Assembly (NCBI RefSeq): GCF_008831285.2
Contig: NC_045138.2
Coordinates: 43,090,001 to 43,154,000 of the forward strand
Length of the DNA: 64,000 bases
Direction of reading: 5' to 3'
From: Nymphaea colorata
Taxonomy: Eukaryota
A model generated the notes under the pieces. It did no database searches. It had not been told where the DNA came from and saw only the letters and a program-made list of their open reading frames with translations. Positions within the stretch are counted from its first letter, which is position 1; every line of letters starts with the position of its first letter. Below, piece after piece: positions 61,188-64,000 of the stretch. A program made the position numbers and the translations under genes.

Positions 61188-61772
61188 TTATGGCTTGGAG
61201 TGAATGTTCCATTTCCCAAAAGATTTAAGGTTGGATGGCAAGAGGGCGTGTGGGAGTGGGTGACCAATCTGCACAGGGCCTGTCTGCCACGTGTAGCTTA
61301 CGGACGCGAAGTTGCCGGCCGGAAGGTTGACGACTGCATAGATAACGAACTCCCTCCCCGACAGTTCGCCGGACAGCTTCGAGTAGGTCGCCAAGTTCTC
61401 GGCGGCTAACTTTGGCTTCATGTCGTTGACGCTGGTGCTGTATACGGTTATGTTGCCGGAGTGAACGAAGCCGAGCAAGGCCTGAGTGCCGATCATGCCG
61501 TGGCCGGTGGGGTTGATTCCCCAGGCCACCCAACCTCCCGGCGATCCTGGGGTAGCTCGATAGGCGATGCTGGCGGAGTGGGTAGCGGAGGAGTAGGTCC
61601 AGTGCAGGTAGGCATTCAGGGATAGGAGGTCGGTACAGGCGTCGAAGGTCTTATTGCTTGGGAAGTTGTAGGACTTGCAGGTGCTCAGAGCAGAGCAGCA
61701 GCTTGGGAGGACTACTGCTGCCGTCTGGAAGACAAGAAAGAGGACGAGCATTTGGCTGGTGAACCTAGGCAT
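61188..61772 (-). CDS. AIR12-like secreted DOMON-domain (heme b-binding) protein
   Basis: Intact 194-aa ORF with a signal peptide, C..L..LNAYLHWTY, GWVAWGINPTGHGMIGTQAL (axial Met) and WQTGP..PLPH (axial His). GA-repeat 5' UTR at 61782-61818. Confidence 0.88.
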   Translation of the reverse strand: MPRFTSQMLVLFLVFQTAAVVLPSCCSALSTCKSYNFPSNKTFDACTDLLSLNAYLHWTYSSATHSASIAYRATPGSPGGWVAWGINPTGHGMIGTQALLGFVHSGNITVYSTSVNDMKPKLAAENLATYSKLSGELSGREFVIYAVVNLPAGNFASVSYTWQTGPVQIGHPLPHALLPSNLKSFGKWNIHSKP

Positions 61773-61782
61773 CAGGAATCTG

Positions 61783-61818
<36 letters not shown>

Positions 61819-62079
61819 GATTAGGTTGGCCTCACGGAAGTGATGGCGGTGCTGCTATTGAAAATTTATGCGTTTAAAGCGTCGAGGGATCCTTTCATGG
61901 GGTAAAAGGGTCCTCCCCAAGAAATTAAACAGAATAATAACGGATTAGGATTCACAAATTTCTTGCATTCAAAACGTTAAGCAAAAATGACTGCAACGTC
62001 CACAACACTGTAGCACTTGGGCCCCCTCATGAAAAAACTATGGCTCGGCCCTGACAGCGATCCAGGCTTCCGTGGGCGA

Positions 62080-62600
62080 CTATAAGATAGATGACATTTA
62101 GAAACGTTCAAAGTGTGTCACTAAATGCTTTCTATGGGAAACATATCGACCATGCCACAGAATGTATGGACGGCGGTTGTATTCAGTTCAAAAGTTCTCA
62201 AACGCCACAAATCGAGACATTCTATGATGTTCAAGTGGTGCCATCGAAAAGTTTTCAGTGATGCCCGCGATATGTCCAGTAGACGCTTTTACTATCCTTC
62301 TTTAAACGCTATTATTAGTGTCACTGAAGCTCCTTCAAAACGCCATTGTCGGATCATCGGTGACACTTGCTTAAAATGTCAATGTATAGCTTAGGGCCAG
62401 CTTCAAGTGTCGTTAAAGGCCATTCAGTAACATACATCCCATGCCATATCCTGCATTTGATGGCAGATGAGAACTGTTATTAACGATTTTCGATGGCACA
62501 TATCTCTAGCCTTCACAAATATTTTATGGCAATTTAAGAACACAACTAAAGACCTCTATGGTGAGCTAAAAATGCATGTCACTGGATATCTCTACTATCT
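62080..62600. repeat. Non-autonomous DNA-transposon-like repeat, copy 2 (same family as 5280-5775)
   Basis: GTGTCACTAAA, GTGCCATCGAAA and TTCAGTGATGCC motifs, plus a shared block GTGACACTT...ATGTCAATGT...GCCA.CTTCAAG...AAGGCC.TTCAGT.ACA.ACAT.CC. Confidence 0.55.
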
Positions 62601-63801
62601 GTCAGGTTACTATTTCATAGAAAGTCAAAAACTGGAAAAATGACTTTTTTTGCTAATATAGAAAAACCATTTTCATTAAAATAAATTTTTTATACATCCC
62701 AATGGAACGCTTCAACCCAATAAAAATTTCATTAAAATAAAATTTCTGATGATTGTGGACCACCAGATGGAAGGCTTCAACACACTTTAACAATAAATTT
62801 GACCCTATTATATCATGATTACACACCATGAAACACAATCTCAAAACAGCTGCTGCCAAGTAATGCATATACAAGAATCTATCACTAAATAACACAAATT
62901 ATACTCTTTAAAAACATAACTTGCAAGACAGGGAAAAATCTCATACAACTACATAATCCTTTACTTTAGACTATTGGCAAGCACTTTCCCGGAAGGAGTC
63001 AGGATTTTAAAGCGTCTTCTCCAGCCACATCTCCTTTTGCAAGGGGGAGGAAGAAGAGGAGAAAGTAAACCCATAGTTTACAAAGACATAAAGCATAAAC
63101 TAGTTTGCAAAGAAATAAGCACAAATAATGTGCTTGGTCATCTATGTGTACATTGCATGACAAACAAAAACTAGATGACATAGACATGCAAAACTAATCA
63201 GCCATATACTTGCTCAGAGGGGAAATTGAATATAAATATGCAAGGACATCACAGATTCTATTTAAAAGGAAAATTTAGATGATATAGTAGGTCTTGCATA
63301 GGTCGTCAAACACCTGGTAAGGAAGATGACTTCCCAGCCATGAATGTGTTGCCTATTTATAAAGGTGACCGAGAGTACTTACACACTCTAACAAGAAGCT
63401 CCATGGAGTTCAAAGTAGTTGTACCTCTTGGTAGCATCAAAATTTAGTTGTTGAACTAAAGTTGAATCACGAAGCAACTATTTGTCGTAGGTTCACTGTT
63501 TGATGATGTACCTACAAAGTATGCTTTATAATATTTCCCTTCAAGTGTCTTCAAGTCTAGAGGATAGTTGTAGGTGTATCATTTGCAACATAAGCAATTA
63601 TTGATCAAAATACTAGTTTTATCAAAATAAAACAAGAGTTTAATTGTAAGATACTTAAAAATTGGTCAAGAGGCAGAGCAAGCAACCAATCAAGGGGCTG
63701 AATGAAAGAAAAGGAAATTTTCTTCTAGAAGCCAACCTTTTAGCCATAATCCCAATAACAGCCATTGGCTTTTTTGATAGTTTCCAAATTGAGGCCTTAA
63801 G

Positions 63802-63834
<33 letters not shown>

Positions 63835-64000
63835 TGGTAGGTACCTGGCCACTTGCATAAGGGATAAAAACCAAACCTCTTAAATTCATGTTGACAAGTG
63901 TTTTCAACAAAATATGAACCTTCTAATGTGTTTATGAACACTAATTTAATATAAATCTTGCTTTAATTTGAGTCATTTTTGTAAAAAATTTGATCGTTAT

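Noticed and set aside
61134..61533. Alternative ORFs overlapping the DOMON gene
   Set aside because: Shadow frames of a GC-rich CDS.

Overview
This is flowering-plant nuclear DNA, about 90% transposon-derived. Two intact, intronless, GC-rich host genes bracket the window: a KCS6/CER6-like 3-ketoacyl-CoA synthase (175/232..1761, +) and an AIR12-like DOMON protein without a GPI or cytochrome b561 tail (61188..61772, -). Between them lie a CACTA end at 5970, two same-family Copia remnants nested head-to-head (9974..13390), a near-complete decayed Copia in a (TA)n tract (13796..18988, TSD ATATA), two related long LTRs (21240..23848 and 32790..35313), a Tekay-like gypsy 3' end (27870..30808) and a CACTA transposase pseudogene (47800..51134). 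There are also three Ulp1/SUMO-protease pseudogene fragments, a ~557-bp tandem array and a probable NUB1-like exon. The most unusual signal is a ~95-nt stem-loop module, present five times in one LTR and once in the related LTR, whose pairing is kept by compensatory changes. I cannot show a new biological system from sequence alone. All family calls come from motif recognition by eye, not database searches.
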